Notes under the pieces: model-generated | Databases searched by the model: none | Told to the model about the DNA's origin: nothing | The model's input: only the letters and a program-made list of their open reading frames with translations | Assembly: GCF_964355755.1 (NCBI RefSeq) | Contig: NC_092676.1 | Location: 811,788 to 875,787 of the forward strand | Direction of reading: 5' to 3' | DNA: 64,000 bases | DNA from: Antedon mediterranea | Lineage: Eukaryota > Animalia > Echinodermata | In this document: one piece after another, positions 1 to 12,419 of the stretch | Position numbering within the stretch: the stretch's first letter is position 1 | Layout of the letters: every line of letters starts with the position of its first letter | Translations under genes and position numbers: made by a program

Positions 1-463
1 ATGAGGAAATATTTTACAAATTAGAGGAAAACAAGAAAAATTTATTACCAAATCTTGCTTTTAAATCATATAAAATCATTACGATGATGAAAAAACGTCA
101 TCATCAACAAAAACAAAACTAGATTTTAATTTAAAATATATTGAGATTTCCAATAAGGAAGGATGCTCAGCGATATTTCAATTTCTGTTGTGCTCAGATA
201 TTTCAGATATTTTATATAAGTCCATCCAAATAAATTAATAAAATGTTTAGATATTAATAAATAAAGAACAACAAGTAAAATAGTGATCATTTGGGATTAC
301 TCTATCATGAATAGAATTCATGGCGACGATGTTTCCTAATTGAATCAGCCCCATAGCACGCCTGAAATAAACAACGAATTAGATATCTAAAAACAAGCGT
401 AAAATATGCTCAACCTAATATACTAAAAAACGATGTACCGCAGTAAGGTTTACGCTTTTCTAC

Positions 464-581
464 AGCTCTGTCTACACTATCGAACTAGTTTGTCAAAACA
501 AGTGTGATGTGCCCAAATATGGTAGTGATATGCTTAAATATGGTAGTGATATGACATCATCATGTCCATATATAGGCACAT
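464..581. mobile_element. MITE family A copy, right end missing
   Basis: Starts with family TIR AGCTCTGTCTACACTATC and carries the internal repeat AATATGGTAGTGATATG; the right TIR is absent. Confidence 0.85.
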
Positions 582-2188
582 ATAAGCAGGGAGATTTATT
601 TTACATCTCCCTGATATAAGTGAGTCGTCTGGTAAAAACTAGTCCAACAAGACCTTTCCTACCTACTCAATCCATCTACATTATATTCGTATTTTAATGA
701 CCGTTTTAAAACATCACAAAATAGCTAAAGTATAATGTTATATAACTAAATCTATTTAATGATGAATCAATCATAAATAATTTTGGCTGGTATAATTGAA
801 ACATACGTTTAAATGTTCAGATTAATGCGGATTATTCCGAAATGTAATAAATGACAAAATGAATCTTCTTTTAGCGATAATTAAATTGGGTGGCTTATGT
901 GAGGATATGAATGCACAAGATATGTGTAGCAATACTAGCAGATAAAGATTAACGTGATAGACAGGAAAAGTAGAAACTGTAAAGCGAGTTACACTTAATG
1001 TTTTTATGCAGAATAAAAATGCCAATGCAATCACATAGATTGGTAATTCCGACATACAACAACCTTGTTGGAAACACTTTAAAGTATTAGCTACAGTATT
1101 AGCAGCAGCTAATGTTCCAATTCCTACACCCTTGGTAGTTGTCAACTTATCCATTTAACTAATTCGACCTTAGCAAATGGTATATGCGGAATATCATACC
1201 ATGGGTTTAAGCAAAATATTATCAATTTAGAAGTTCTACATAAATCGGAAACATGGGAAATGAGCATCTGTCGTCCTAATAACCTCTTACTATTTTTATT
1301 AAAAAACAAAATAGACAATGTTACGCTGCTAATACTACTTTCTTCAATCAAATAAGAAACATAGCCAAGAAAACAGCATGAGACGTTTAATAGTACGATG
1401 ATAGCAAACACAAAGTTCATCAATCAAATTGTTCGTTGAATTGTTTCCGGATTGGAAAGTTGTGGAAAGATTGAAGAAAGAAGATAACAGGACAATGACT
1501 AGATAGAACACACTGTACTTTAAAGGATTGCACGTACAATACAAAGAAGTTTTAATAGACGTATTTAACAGACTTATTTTAATAAACAAACAGTCATACA
1601 TATTGGAGGCCTACGGTACGCCCTATTAAGAACTATAGTAAGTTAGTAACGAAATTCGAAAGGTAGTTACATTTTAGATGTCTCCAAAAGCATGTTAATT
1701 ATCATTTTATAGACATAATCTTTTCTAAATTATCATCTTTAAGATTAGATATTGTTTAATTCCAGGTTAATCCCGCGGTGAATCTACATAATATTATGTT
1801 TCATCAACAAAACGTATTCATTTCTAATCATTAAAAGTGCATGTAGTATTTGGATTCCCCAAGGTCACGAGAAAACCTCGAGGCGGTCCATCTTCAAAGA
1901 TGATTTAATTGACCCTTCTAGATTGTACTAATTCAATGGTTTGGAAACCGGATACGTATCTCTCATGTTGTATCAATCGATTACAAATACATATTACCAA
2001 AGGATGTAATGATTTTACCAAAGGAGAAAATAAATAATACATTTGGTCATAATGGCGTCTATAATGGCATATGTACTATTCCAAAACAAAAACTTTGAAA
2101 TAATTGAAATTTAACAAATAAAAAACACAAATTAGAAACAATTCTTTGATGGAACACTCCTATTCAGCAGGAACGTTAATATTGTTAA

Positions 2189-2246
2189 AACTCTGTCTAC
2201 ACTATCAAACTAGTTTGACGAAAAAAGTGTAATGTGCCCAAATATG
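2189..2246. mobile_element. MITE family A fragment (one terminus)
   Basis: AACTCTGTCTACACTATCAAACTAGTTTGAC...GTGCCCAAATATG matches the family A end. Confidence 0.8.
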
Positions 2247-2539
2247 AATAAATACATTTTCAAAGAGGTAATTTTGTCAGTGGAGATAAATTTATTTAAT
2301 TAGGCCTATGATTAGTGTGTTGTTTCTGTGGGGTGGATAGCTGTTGGAGGGTTAGGGTTAGGGTACCGTACGAAGCACACAAGGGAAAACGCTTAGAATA
2401 TGTCAACAATGGAAATTTGATTTTAGACTATGCATGTTTTTACCAAGTATTGCGTGATATTAATCTTCTTGTAAAGAAGACCAACGAGCGCACCCCTCTA
2501 AAGACCATCGACGTGAAAGACTAAACAATTGTATTGAGT

Positions 2540-2890
2540 AAATTAGACCTACACCTATCGTGGTTTAAATTAGACCTACACCTATCGTGGTTTAAATTAG
2601 ACCTACACCTATCGTGGTTTAAATTAGACCTACACCTATCGTGGTTTAAATTAGACCTCCACCTATCGTGGTTTAAATTAGACCTACACCTATCGTGGTT
2701 TAAATTAGACCTACACCTATCGTGGTTTAAATTAGACCTACACCTATCGTGGTTTAAACTAGACCTACACCTATCGTGGTTTAAATTAGACCTACATCTA
2801 TCGTGGTTTAAATTAGACCTACACCTATCGTGGTTTAAATTAGACCTACACCTATCGTGCTTTAAATCAGACCTACACCTATCGTGGTTT
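2540..2890. repeat. 27-bp minisatellite, ~13 near-identical copies
   Basis: Unit AAATTAGACCTACACCTATCGTGGTTT repeated head to tail; it explains the (KLDLHLSWF)n ORF 2534..2899. Confidence 0.97.
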
Positions 2891-4257
2891 CATACATAAA
2901 GAATTAACATTCTATTTCACGATAAGTGTGATGATGTCTAGCCGTGAATAAAAAAGAAATCGAATATATGCATACTATCAGCAAGGATTCTAAATGTAAA
3001 ATTACTTTACACATTTAATCAATTTTAAAGATGAGGAGTTCTTAAAATACGAATAAGCATTGAATATCAAAATCACATTTACATTAAATTATATCGGATA
3101 GCAAGCAATTATACGGTACTTTAAAACATTAACTGGTTGAATATTTCTGTATGAATTTGTTATACAGAGAACCCCTCCTTCGGACACCTGTATTCAAAGG
3201 ACACTTCTTCAAAGAACGAAGGAAGATAGCCTCCCCTGGGGGACATCAAGTGGCATCTCATGATTTGAGGTTATGGTGTCTTAAAATATCAATGTTACCA
3301 ACTGTTAGGCCTATTATCTTTTTTCAGTGTAGGCCTCTTTTATACGTTCATTTCCATGTGATTTCATTGAAAACCGAAGAAATCCACAGCCTATTTCAAA
3401 ACCAATGACTATTTATCCATCTCGGATGAATACATGAATTTACAAACACTAAAAATTGATTTGTAGTTTTATTATTATTCTACACACACACTGTGAGTTA
3501 GGACATTTACATCCGCAAAGTGCAAAGCCTCGGGCCGGCATCTTATACCTTGAATACGAAATATTGATTTGTTATTTTGTTCATAAAATATGAATGAACT
3601 AATTACTTTCTATTATGATCGTATCGTGACTCTAGATTATAACTTGCTATTCATACGATCTGTCATCGTTTCTAAATCCGATAATTTTAATTTATATTCT
3701 TGTATTTGATAAGGAGAGAGACACAGTATGCAAGCTTATGATGCAAGTAGTCGTTACTTCGTAATATAAGAATTCCGCCATTAGAAAAACATGTGATAAC
3801 GACTTTGAAAGCTCTGTCTACACTATCGAACTTTACGTGACAAAAAAGGGTCTGTTTCTGCTGCATAACGCAATTTAACCGGTTATTTTAAAATAGATTA
3901 AAAATAGATAACAATAACAAGACCGCGTTTCTGCTCAATTTGTGCTCCGAAATAACCGGTTAAATCTATGGGTGGTCGTCGAGCAAAACGTCATCATTAC
4001 CCAAAATGCAATACACTCAGACGGAAGTAGTAAGTTGGCTGTTTGTTTACATCGACGTCGTCAGTGCACACGTGTGTATATCGCCGAACATCTCAAACAT
4101 GTTAAAATAATAAAATGTTGTCTACAGGTCTACAAGTTTTGTTTTTTGTAAAGCCTACTTACTGATCGCTAATAAAATTAATTCTCATGGCGCCTTCAAT
4201 AACATGGGGAGGGTCGTGCAGCGCCCGATTGCCTAGGATAATTTTTACGCAATTTTT

Positions 4258-5175
4258 ATCTAGCCTAAAATTCATCAACAAAGGCGATGATGATACGGCC
4301 CTTACCACGTGAACGACTGTTGTCTTTCGCGAGCGCGGTCCTACAAAAAACCAAACGGAAACAAAAACGAGACTTAGAATGTTGCAATACCTACCAAACG
4401 AGAGTAGATAATTGTTAATTAATTATGATTCATGAAACCCTAACTTTTATAGCAAAAATCGTCCGAATTTGTGTTAAAAACGACGAGTTTAGCCACAAAA
4501 ACTTAAATCAAACGAGAGTATCCAAGTCATAGAATATCGCACGCACATAGTGCCTTTAATAGAATAATGAGTATTAAACATTGTTTCGCATAATATTATG
4601 TACTAACATAAATAATAACACATTTCTATGCTTAATAAAATCATATTTAATATATTATCAAAGGCTCTCATAACCTTTGTTTTCGGTCGATGTGATGTTT
4701 TTCTAAAAAAAATTTATAAAACGATCAAATTAAGATTGTTCATTGTTCTCCTATTAAAGGCACTAAGGGCGTGCCATAAATACGCTCGTTTGGATTAAGT
4801 TTTTGTTGCTAAATTCATCGTTTATAACATAAATTCGGATGATTTTTGCTATAAAATTTGGGTTTTCATAATTAATTAACCATTATCTACTATCGTTTGG
4901 TAGGTATTTGCAACATTTTGAGTCCCTTTTGTTTCCGTTTTGGTGTTAATATAGGACCATCCATACCCTTCGCGAGCGTGTACTACTAACGCCTCAAATT
5001 GCTTAGCTTGGGTAGTCCCCGGAACTCCACCCCAAATTCCTCTTTTACTTTCGCAAAAATGCTCTTATTTATTATCTGTGATTCTTTTCTATTGCCTGCC
5101 ATTCTTCCCCGTACTTTCTCTCCCTCCACAACTGAATAACATATCTTGTGATTTCATTCATCCACATACATGTTC
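4258..5175 (-). pseudogene. Degenerate Myb/SANT-like (trihelix, Myb_DNA-bind_4-type) DNA-binding ORF of the Harbinger element, interrupted by a foldback insertion
   Basis: Manual minus-strand translation with frameshifts and stops: WMNEITRYVIQLWRE / KVRGRMAGNRK...NKSIFAKVKEE / KLSNLRR**YTLAKDNSRSRGKGRIIIAFVDEF. This resembles the WTxEETxxLIxLW...KxKNLxxxYKxxKD..SGxGR..PFFDEL consensus of Harbinger ORF2 proteins. Confidence 0.7.
4335..4968. mobile_element. Non-autonomous Mutator/MULE-like foldback element
   Basis: Imperfect ~185-bp inverted arms (4337-~4520 and ~4781-4958), right terminus ...GGACCATCCATACCC, and a 9-bp direct repeat TTCGCGAGC on both sides (4326-4334, 4969-4977). Confidence 0.8.
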
Positions 5176-5679
5176 ACTTCTTCGTTCGACTGTCAAAACC
5201 ACGAGGAAAACACACACCGTATGCGACGGTATCTGACCCGGGGTCACAACTGTCAATCAAATAACCGTTATTTCGTGTTGCAGCTAAGAATTGCTCAGCG
5301 ATAACCGGTTAAACGGCGTTCTAACACCGATTTAAATTGGTGTTTTTAACCGGTTATTTTGCGCTGCCTTTTAACCGGTTACCACAAATTTGTCCTGTTT
5401 CTGCTGCCAAGAAAATGGAGTTAATTTATTCACACCAATTTTAATTTATTCACACCGATTTTAACCGGTTATTTTTATGCAGCAGAAACAGGCCCAAAAG
5501 AATGTCACCATTATTATATGAACATGATGATCAAATCACTACCATATTTAAACATATCACTACCATATTTGGGCACACCACACTTTTTTTGTTCAAACTA
5601 GTTTGATAGTGTAGACAGAGCTTAATGCTTGCAGCCATTTTCCCTCTTTCAGTAGTACGTCAAGAATCTTTTTTTAAAA

Positions 5680-5790
5680 AAATTGGCCAATCACGACGCG
5701 ATTGATCACCAGGACTGTCGCTTGTGATTGGTCAAACACTTGCGTTGTGAATTTATGTCTCTGTATTACGTACAAATGGGAAACAAACTT
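5680..5790. mobile_element. MITE family B fragment
   Basis: CCAATCACGACGCGA...TCGCTTGTGATTGGTCAA core and a degenerate right TIR (GGGAAACAAACT). Confidence 0.6.
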
Positions 5791-7989
5791 AAATAATAGT
5801 AGCTTTTACGGAAATTATACAGACAATACATATAGTATATACGAGAGTGTTCTAGTAATAAAGAATCACAATTATGTATAAAATGTAGTTTAACATTATT
5901 GGCTTATACTCTTAAACACTGGGCAATTAACTATATTGGAGTTGTTGAAGATCGACTATACATTTGAAATTTAACTAGTTGTTGGTGTGGGTAGTATAGA
6001 TTTAAAGGAAACTCGACTAATAACTCGATTATTAAAGCTTTTAAAATTACAGATACCAATCATCAACCATGAACTTATGTAAAAAAGGGCAAACTTGTAG
6101 CTAACCATCATGTTGTCAAAGCTAAAACTGATACCGGTAACGTACATGAACTAGAACTACACAAGGACGAACATAATTAATACTTTCCTATGTCATCTGA
6201 TAATGTCACTTAACAGCCAGGTGGCTGTGAATCAACTTAAGTCTTTTAACACACTGATATTCTCAAAAGCATAAGCAAACTTAACTAACTTTCACTTAAG
6301 ACCGCTTTAAGGATAACAAACGACCTTGAGAATAAACTAACGTGCTAGTTAGACAGATGTCTAATAAAATGTTTTTATTATCTTCGTCGTAATTTTTCTG
6401 TTTTCTGCTGCTGTCAAATATCTATCGATTTTCTGTTTCTGCTGAGTCAAGTCTACATCGATTGCTACTTAAACGCACATTATTATTATTTTTTTGAAAT
6501 ATTACATATTTTGCAGAATATTCGTTCGATAGTAATCAAGCGAATATACATAATGTGTGTAGCGACGTCAGAGTCGTGTCTGCAATCGACAACGCGGTGT
6601 ATTCAGCGAAATATTAAATATTCCCCAGCAATTGCTTCATTCAAAGCTAAGATATAGATCTTATTTTTTTCACAAAACTATATTTCTTTTCCTGATTTTG
6701 TTTGTATTCAAGACAGTACCACAATGTAAAACAGGATTTCTTTTACGTGATTGTGTAATCGTGTATGTTGTTAAATAAATTTAATAAATAAATATCCCCA
6801 TACTCTTAAAATTCTCTTACAATCAATATTTCTCCTGTACATTGCATTACATTTTTCCCATAAAAATATTAATACACACCTATACTATATACTTTATTTA
6901 TTATACGAGGGCAATTTTAATGTCATTTATTTGTCCAAAAATGTTTGTAAAAATACAGGTAGGCCTACAGGAGAAAAAAACGAACAAACCCTAGAATAAA
7001 ATGGAGTAAAATTGTGCATTGTTGAAATCTAATAATATTGTAATAATTTAATTCAATTTTGTTTCAGACAAACTGTCCATATGAAACCTATACAATAAAA
7101 CAAGAAAGAAAGGAATACAAAGCATTATATATTTTACTTTTTTAGCTTATATTTTGTCTTTTCATTATTTATGTATTACTGTATTTGTTTTAATGAGAAT
7201 TTCAAACAAAGTTAATCAAAAAGTTATTTATGTACTGAATCAGCTGTTTGACGCGTCACGTGACACTTCTTAATTCAATGTTTTTGAGCTGCTTCATTAA
7301 TCGACATTGGCAATATTCCACATTGTTGTGTGCTGTCTCGTGGCGCATACTGGTACGCGACAAGCCCTAATATTGTTTGTCTAACTCTGTTACAAATAAT
7401 AAATTAAATGTCCGAATGAATGCGTGTAATTCATTATAATATCTTAGTCAGATCCCTTCTAAACGCAATAATCACATTTCAAATGCTGTTTTACATTTTA
7501 TCTCTCCTTTTAATTATCTTTCTCTCATATTATCGATTCATTTGAGGCTGATACATTTACAATCATAATAAAGCATTCAGGTACAATTATTATTCATAAT
7601 TAAAATTATATAAATACATTTTGTATTTTTTTGCAAACACAACAACATGAACAAAAGCAGGTGAAACGTAATCGAGAGGTATAATTACGTTCATCATTTA
7701 CGTTCACCTCTGTCAGAACAGTTCGTAAATTGGAGATTCATCAGAATAATTCTATTCATAATTAAAATAAAACATTAAAACCGAACCCCTTAGTGATATT
7801 AAACTACTTGATCTATAATCACTGGAATTAAAAAATAATCTATCTTTGGCCATCAAGTCAGGAAACCTGAGGGGACTTTGATTAATTGAAAAACATTTAA
7901 TTATACGAATATCCGAATATCTTGTTGCCTTTCAAAACGCTACAATTTTATTCATAGATTTATAACACAAAATAAACGTTTGCGATAAG

Positions 7990-8250
7990 CCTTGGCTATG
8001 CTAGGCCACAAAACACGTATGACTATCAAGTTTCGACGCGCATCGTTGAATAAACCTGTGTACAAAAGACGTACTGATATTAGAGTTTGAACACCCGCGC
8101 GTCCTACGTAAAATAAACTTGTGACAACAGACGAATTATTATCAGAGTTTGAACGCGTGCGTGTCATACACGAAATAAACTTGTGAAGGCTACAAAAGAC
8201 GAATAATTATCAGAGTTTGAACGCGCGCGCGTATTGCTCACGAAAATAAA
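7990..8250. repeat. Degenerate ~60-65-bp tandem repeats (CpG-rich)
   Basis: Recurrent AAATAAACTTGTG...GACGAATTATTATCAGAGTTTGAACGCG, 3-4 diverged copies. Confidence 0.7.
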
Positions 8251-8389
8251 ATTTCCGACACTGACTTTTTGAAATTGACAATAAACGATCAGCGTTTCTT
8301 GTTTGAAAACTGTCATTATTTCTTGGCTTCCTTTTCTAAGTATAATCAAACGAGCATTGTTTCAAATTGGATTGTCTTCCTCCCTACAG

Positions 8390-8430
8390 ACGTGATGCTT
8401 ATTGTATTGACAGCAGCCGTCGATCGCAGG
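8390..8430 (+). other. Candidate 41-bp internal exon (probably non-coding)
   Basis: Pyrimidine-rich acceptor TCTTCCTCCCTACAG (ends 8389) and consensus donor G|GTAAGT (8431). Confidence 0.4.
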
Positions 8431-9086
8431 GTAAGTTGTATCCGATACAAAAAAAAGAACAGCAAGTTAATTTTCCATTGAAATCAAGATCAAGACAAAA
8501 TTATTATAGGCCTATAAGTATTTTGATCAATATTCAATATTATGCAATATTTTAGATTCGATTAGGCCTAAACAAAAATCTGGTTTTTTTTTCAAGGAAT
8601 AAGATGGTCATATTTCTTTCACACGAAGATGCTCTATATCCATATTAATTAGGAGCCTAGGAAATTAAATTATGAAAACGCAGAGAAAGACGTACACGCG
8701 ATGATTATATCATGTTTGCGCATGGACGCGCATGCACATATTACGTTTTTATAATGCGCCTTGTTATGGAAGGTCTGTTATGAGTAAAAAGATAAATGAT
8801 ATTCTACTTAATATTTACTTCTATTGCATTTATTTTGTCACGTATGGAACTAAGCATATATATCATTGTAAACCAAGATGAATACGGGTTAATGACCTAC
8901 TATAGTAAATACTCTAAAACGGCAAATTACGTGACGTAATCATAGATGAAAGCTTTTACATATTTTAAGTAAAATATAATACGAACATTGCGTGCGTCAA
9001 ATATTCTGGCTATTACGTAATGTGACATGGTACTTGAACAGAACATATGTTATCAACTAAATGATTCTCGGTATACTGTATCTAAT

Positions 9087-9949
9087 AGAGAGAAATGGCG
9101 AACCGACGTCTAAAATCCGAGTGGGTATAAAATCATAACAAACCGTTGAGGGCGGCACATTTCCTATGTTTATACACGTGAATCATGGCGTCGTCTAACC
9201 AATGTTGTTGCTGTATCGCTCATAATTCTTTTTTTATTTGTGTATTTAGTCATCCATCATTCACAATCATATTCCTAAAAATATCTCATATCTATCTGTA
9301 GGTCTACACAAGACTAGGCCTATAGTATTATAGTAGAATGGTCTTATCAAGTATTCATTACTGGCGGTAGCCCCCCGGCAGGAAGCATCACTAGCCACAT
9401 AACAAAATGGCAGTTGTCAAGCTGAAACTAAATGCTAGGCCTACGTGTCTACTAGAGATGCTCTATTTAGTCTTACTACCTAGCTAGGAGAGGCCTAGCA
9501 GCACCCTAGCTAAAGTAGTAGAAAGTAGTACAGTATGCAATAAAGAATTTCCAATATTATTATTATTATTATAATAACCGATAATCCGTGCTAGGCTCGC
9601 TCGAGTAGGCTTGCTCGAGTATGCCTACTCGAGGTCAACACAGCATCAGCGAAACTATCTAGGGCCTAGAGCTGGGTGGTACAGTATATAACAAAAACGC
9701 GTCTTAATTCAATCCAAATTGAAATAAAATATGTTAAGATTTGCCCATATAACATTAAAATTGTTAAGGGTGTTGCAAAAAAAAAAGATACTGCTATTAC
9801 GTGTGTTTTAAACGTTCTTTTCTAACTACCTTTTTAACTCAACCCATCGGAATTTCCCATACAAAAACATGTGGCGAAATGGTTTGTTTACAATCTATAC
9901 CCACTCGGTGAAATTTGAGTGACGTCATCGCGGTTCACCATTTCTCTCT
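9087..9949. mobile_element. Non-autonomous DNA transposon with AT TSD (ISL2EU/IS4EU-like)
   Basis: TIRs AGAGAGAAATGGCGAACCG and CGGTTCACCATTTCTCTCT, extended by CCGAGTGGGTATA...AACAAACC and GGTTTGTT...TATACCCACTCGG; AT on both flanks. Confidence 0.7.
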
Positions 9950-10866
9950 ATTGTATACATCAACATAGGTGAATCCCGTGTTACAGCATCACTGGAGCGT
10001 ACCATAACCTAACCTTCCATGATACAGGAACACATGTGATACACATAAGGTACTGTAATACGAAATTTGCCTATATTTACTTGAAATATTGTCCATAATT
10101 GAAGCATACTGACAACAAACTGTCTAACCCGAGAGCACACACAAAATTAACAATGTCCCGAACGGCGCCCCGTATCTAACATGAGAGCACACACAACAAA
10201 GGCACACTTGACAGTTCGCACAACCAGTGCTTCCTAGTAAATAACCTCGAGACAAATCTAATAATTGAGTCGTTTCTTTTGACCATTTCGACAGCTTAGA
10301 CATGACAAATTATCTTCAATATTAATGCAAGTTAAACAGAAAAGCCACGAAAGCCTTAAAATCATCCTAATACAGCGGTTAGGATAAAAGAGTTTGTGAA
10401 CTGTAAAAATCTGACCAAAAAAAATCTGACAGCTTTAAGCATGCAACGTAAAGTTAAACAAAAATACATTTATTTGACTGTAAATGAACACTGTCATTTC
10501 GTTTTGAAAACACGTTTTATTGCTGTACTTATGAATAAAGCAAAACGTTAAAAATAGACTGGTTTAAAGTAGAAATTAGCATTGGCGTCATTATTTCAGT
10601 GTTATTTTTGTGTTTGTGTTTAAGTATAGCTAAATGCCTACGGTGGAATAAATGACGTTTTACCAAAGCGTAAAATACCACGTATTTCAGTTGTTGTCTG
10701 CATCGATATTTTAACATTAACATAACAGTATTTAAATATAGCACCAACCCAAAATGTGCCCAAACTCACGCAGTTTGGGATAGGGCACCTTTAATGTGTT
10801 AGAACGAACATTTTTGGAGAATGTTTTATTTGGAACAATTTCTTTGAAACGACCGATATCATCTTA

Positions 10867-10944
10867 AGCTCTGTCTAAACAAACAAAATGTGATGTGCCC
10901 ATATATGGACATGATGATGTCATATCACTACCATATTTGGGCAT
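10867..10944. mobile_element. MITE family A fragment
   Basis: TTA|AGCTCTGTCTA followed by TGTGATGTGCCCATATATGGACATGATGATGTCATATCACTACCATATTTGGGCA. Confidence 0.8.
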
Positions 10945-12419
10945 GCGCAAGATAGATAACTGTTGCTAGGTGATATTCTACAACACTACATTCCCTGTAA
11001 TCCCATAGATGCCATTCGAGCGGACATTAGCAAAAACAATATGTTTTACTCTTCGGGTGATAATAATTAGTGTCTAAAATAATTTATTTTGTAATGATTA
11101 TTTAATAAAAAATATTATTAGTCTCAGTTTATGTCATAATATTGTGTTAAACCAGGACAAACGAAAGAAATTCGTTAATTGTACGTCTAGAGCCAGCATT
11201 ACATGAAAATATTATAATATATAGAAATGGGTATGGAATCATAACAAACCGCTTGAGGCGCTCTATCCCGCGGTTCTTCAACAGTTCCCTCATATATGCC
11301 TAACGAATTTCTAGATACAGTATGTTCTTGATAAGCTAGGTTAAATATCCGCACAATAAAATTTGTTTTATTAATAAAACATTAATTAGGATCCTCTTAG
11401 GTCACACCTGAGGGAAAATGAGTTAGCTCTTAAATACAAATGAATAAGTAATGAAATGAATATTGAAATCCACAACTAATTTTATGACTCATTTAATGGT
11501 TAGTGGCTTACGTTTTGATATCTTTTATGATGACAATGAGTCGCAATGACCTCTAAAATGGCTCGTTCTCCGTCAAAATGTTGGTCACTGGAGGGCATGC
11601 CTTTTAATTCACACATTTTTGTAATTATCAATTTTTTAGAGAGAGCAAAATCAATTGCAAGACAAGTTTACTCAAAGCATCTGCACATTATATATAATCC
11701 CAGAAGCCTTTGCGATTAGGAAAAGTTGGGATTCGCGCGTAAAAGTGTCGGAATGGAATAACTCGTAGACGCGTGACGCGGAGAAATAATATCCTATAAG
11801 CCGTCGTTATCAGAGTGACGCAAAGGTGTGTATTCATTATGAGATGTATGCTAACATAGTCACAGCGACGAATCAAAAGTATAATTTAATTATACAGAGT
11901 CATGACTTTTACAGACTTTAGTATATAACATTCGAGGTTATTGCACTATGCGAGAAATAACAGATTTCAATACTCTCATACAATACAAGAGACACACGTA
12001 TGGGAATTATGTCTACAGGCCTTTGAAAGAAACCTATGAAAGACAAGTTCGCATATAGTCTATACTGTAGGATGACTTGATAATAGTCTATGTTCTAGAA
12101 CGAAATCAGTAAAAAGATAATACATAAATAATTATGTTGGCACATATGGCGTTTTATACGTATAATACATGAAAACAAAATCGAAACGCCAACAATAACA
12201 ACAGAACTTTAGAATTCAAGCCTGGGATAATAAGGCGGTAGGTGGCGAAATCAATCTCTTACAATATTTTATTTCATAAATAAATAGCATATGGTCGTCG
12301 ACGTCCTTCTATTGGTCCTGCCTCAATGTATACAATTTACAAGAGGGTAATATACGATTCACATGGTGTAGATAATCATTGTTGGTGATGCATCGCATCT
12401 TTGTAAAACAACAAAATAT

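Larger units (their letters stand above)
3848..5495 (-). mobile_element. Internally deleted PIF/Harbinger element carrying a Myb/SANT pseudo-ORF
   Basis: TIRs GGGTCTGTTTCTGCTGCATAA and TTATGCAGCAGAAACAGGCCC, AAA on both flanks (3-bp TSD), subterminal TAACCGGTTA palindromes at both ends, and a degenerate Myb/SANT coding remnant on the minus strand. Confidence 0.85.
3810..5622. mobile_element. MITE family A (PIF/Harbinger-type) split by a nested insertion; halves at 3810-3847 and 5496-5622
   Basis: Left TIR AGCTCTGTCTACACTATCGAAC at 3810, right TIR GTTTGATAGTGTAGACAGAGCT ending at 5622, flanks GAA/TAA. The rejoined halves give a normal ~160-bp family A copy. Confidence 0.9.

Noticed and set aside
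2348-2364. GGGTTAGGGTTAGGG telomere-like motif
   Set aside because: Only ~2.5 units; too short to call an interstitial telomere.
2534-2899. 121-aa ORF (KLDLHLSWF)n
   Set aside because: Translation of a 27-bp minisatellite with a TTG start; no independent coding evidence.
5890-6350. Protein-like plus-strand frame (KHWAINYIGVVEDRLY...HHVVKAKTDTGNVHELELHKD)
   Set aside because: About 8-9 in-frame stops in ~155 codons, close to random expectation for this AT content; no recognisable motif.
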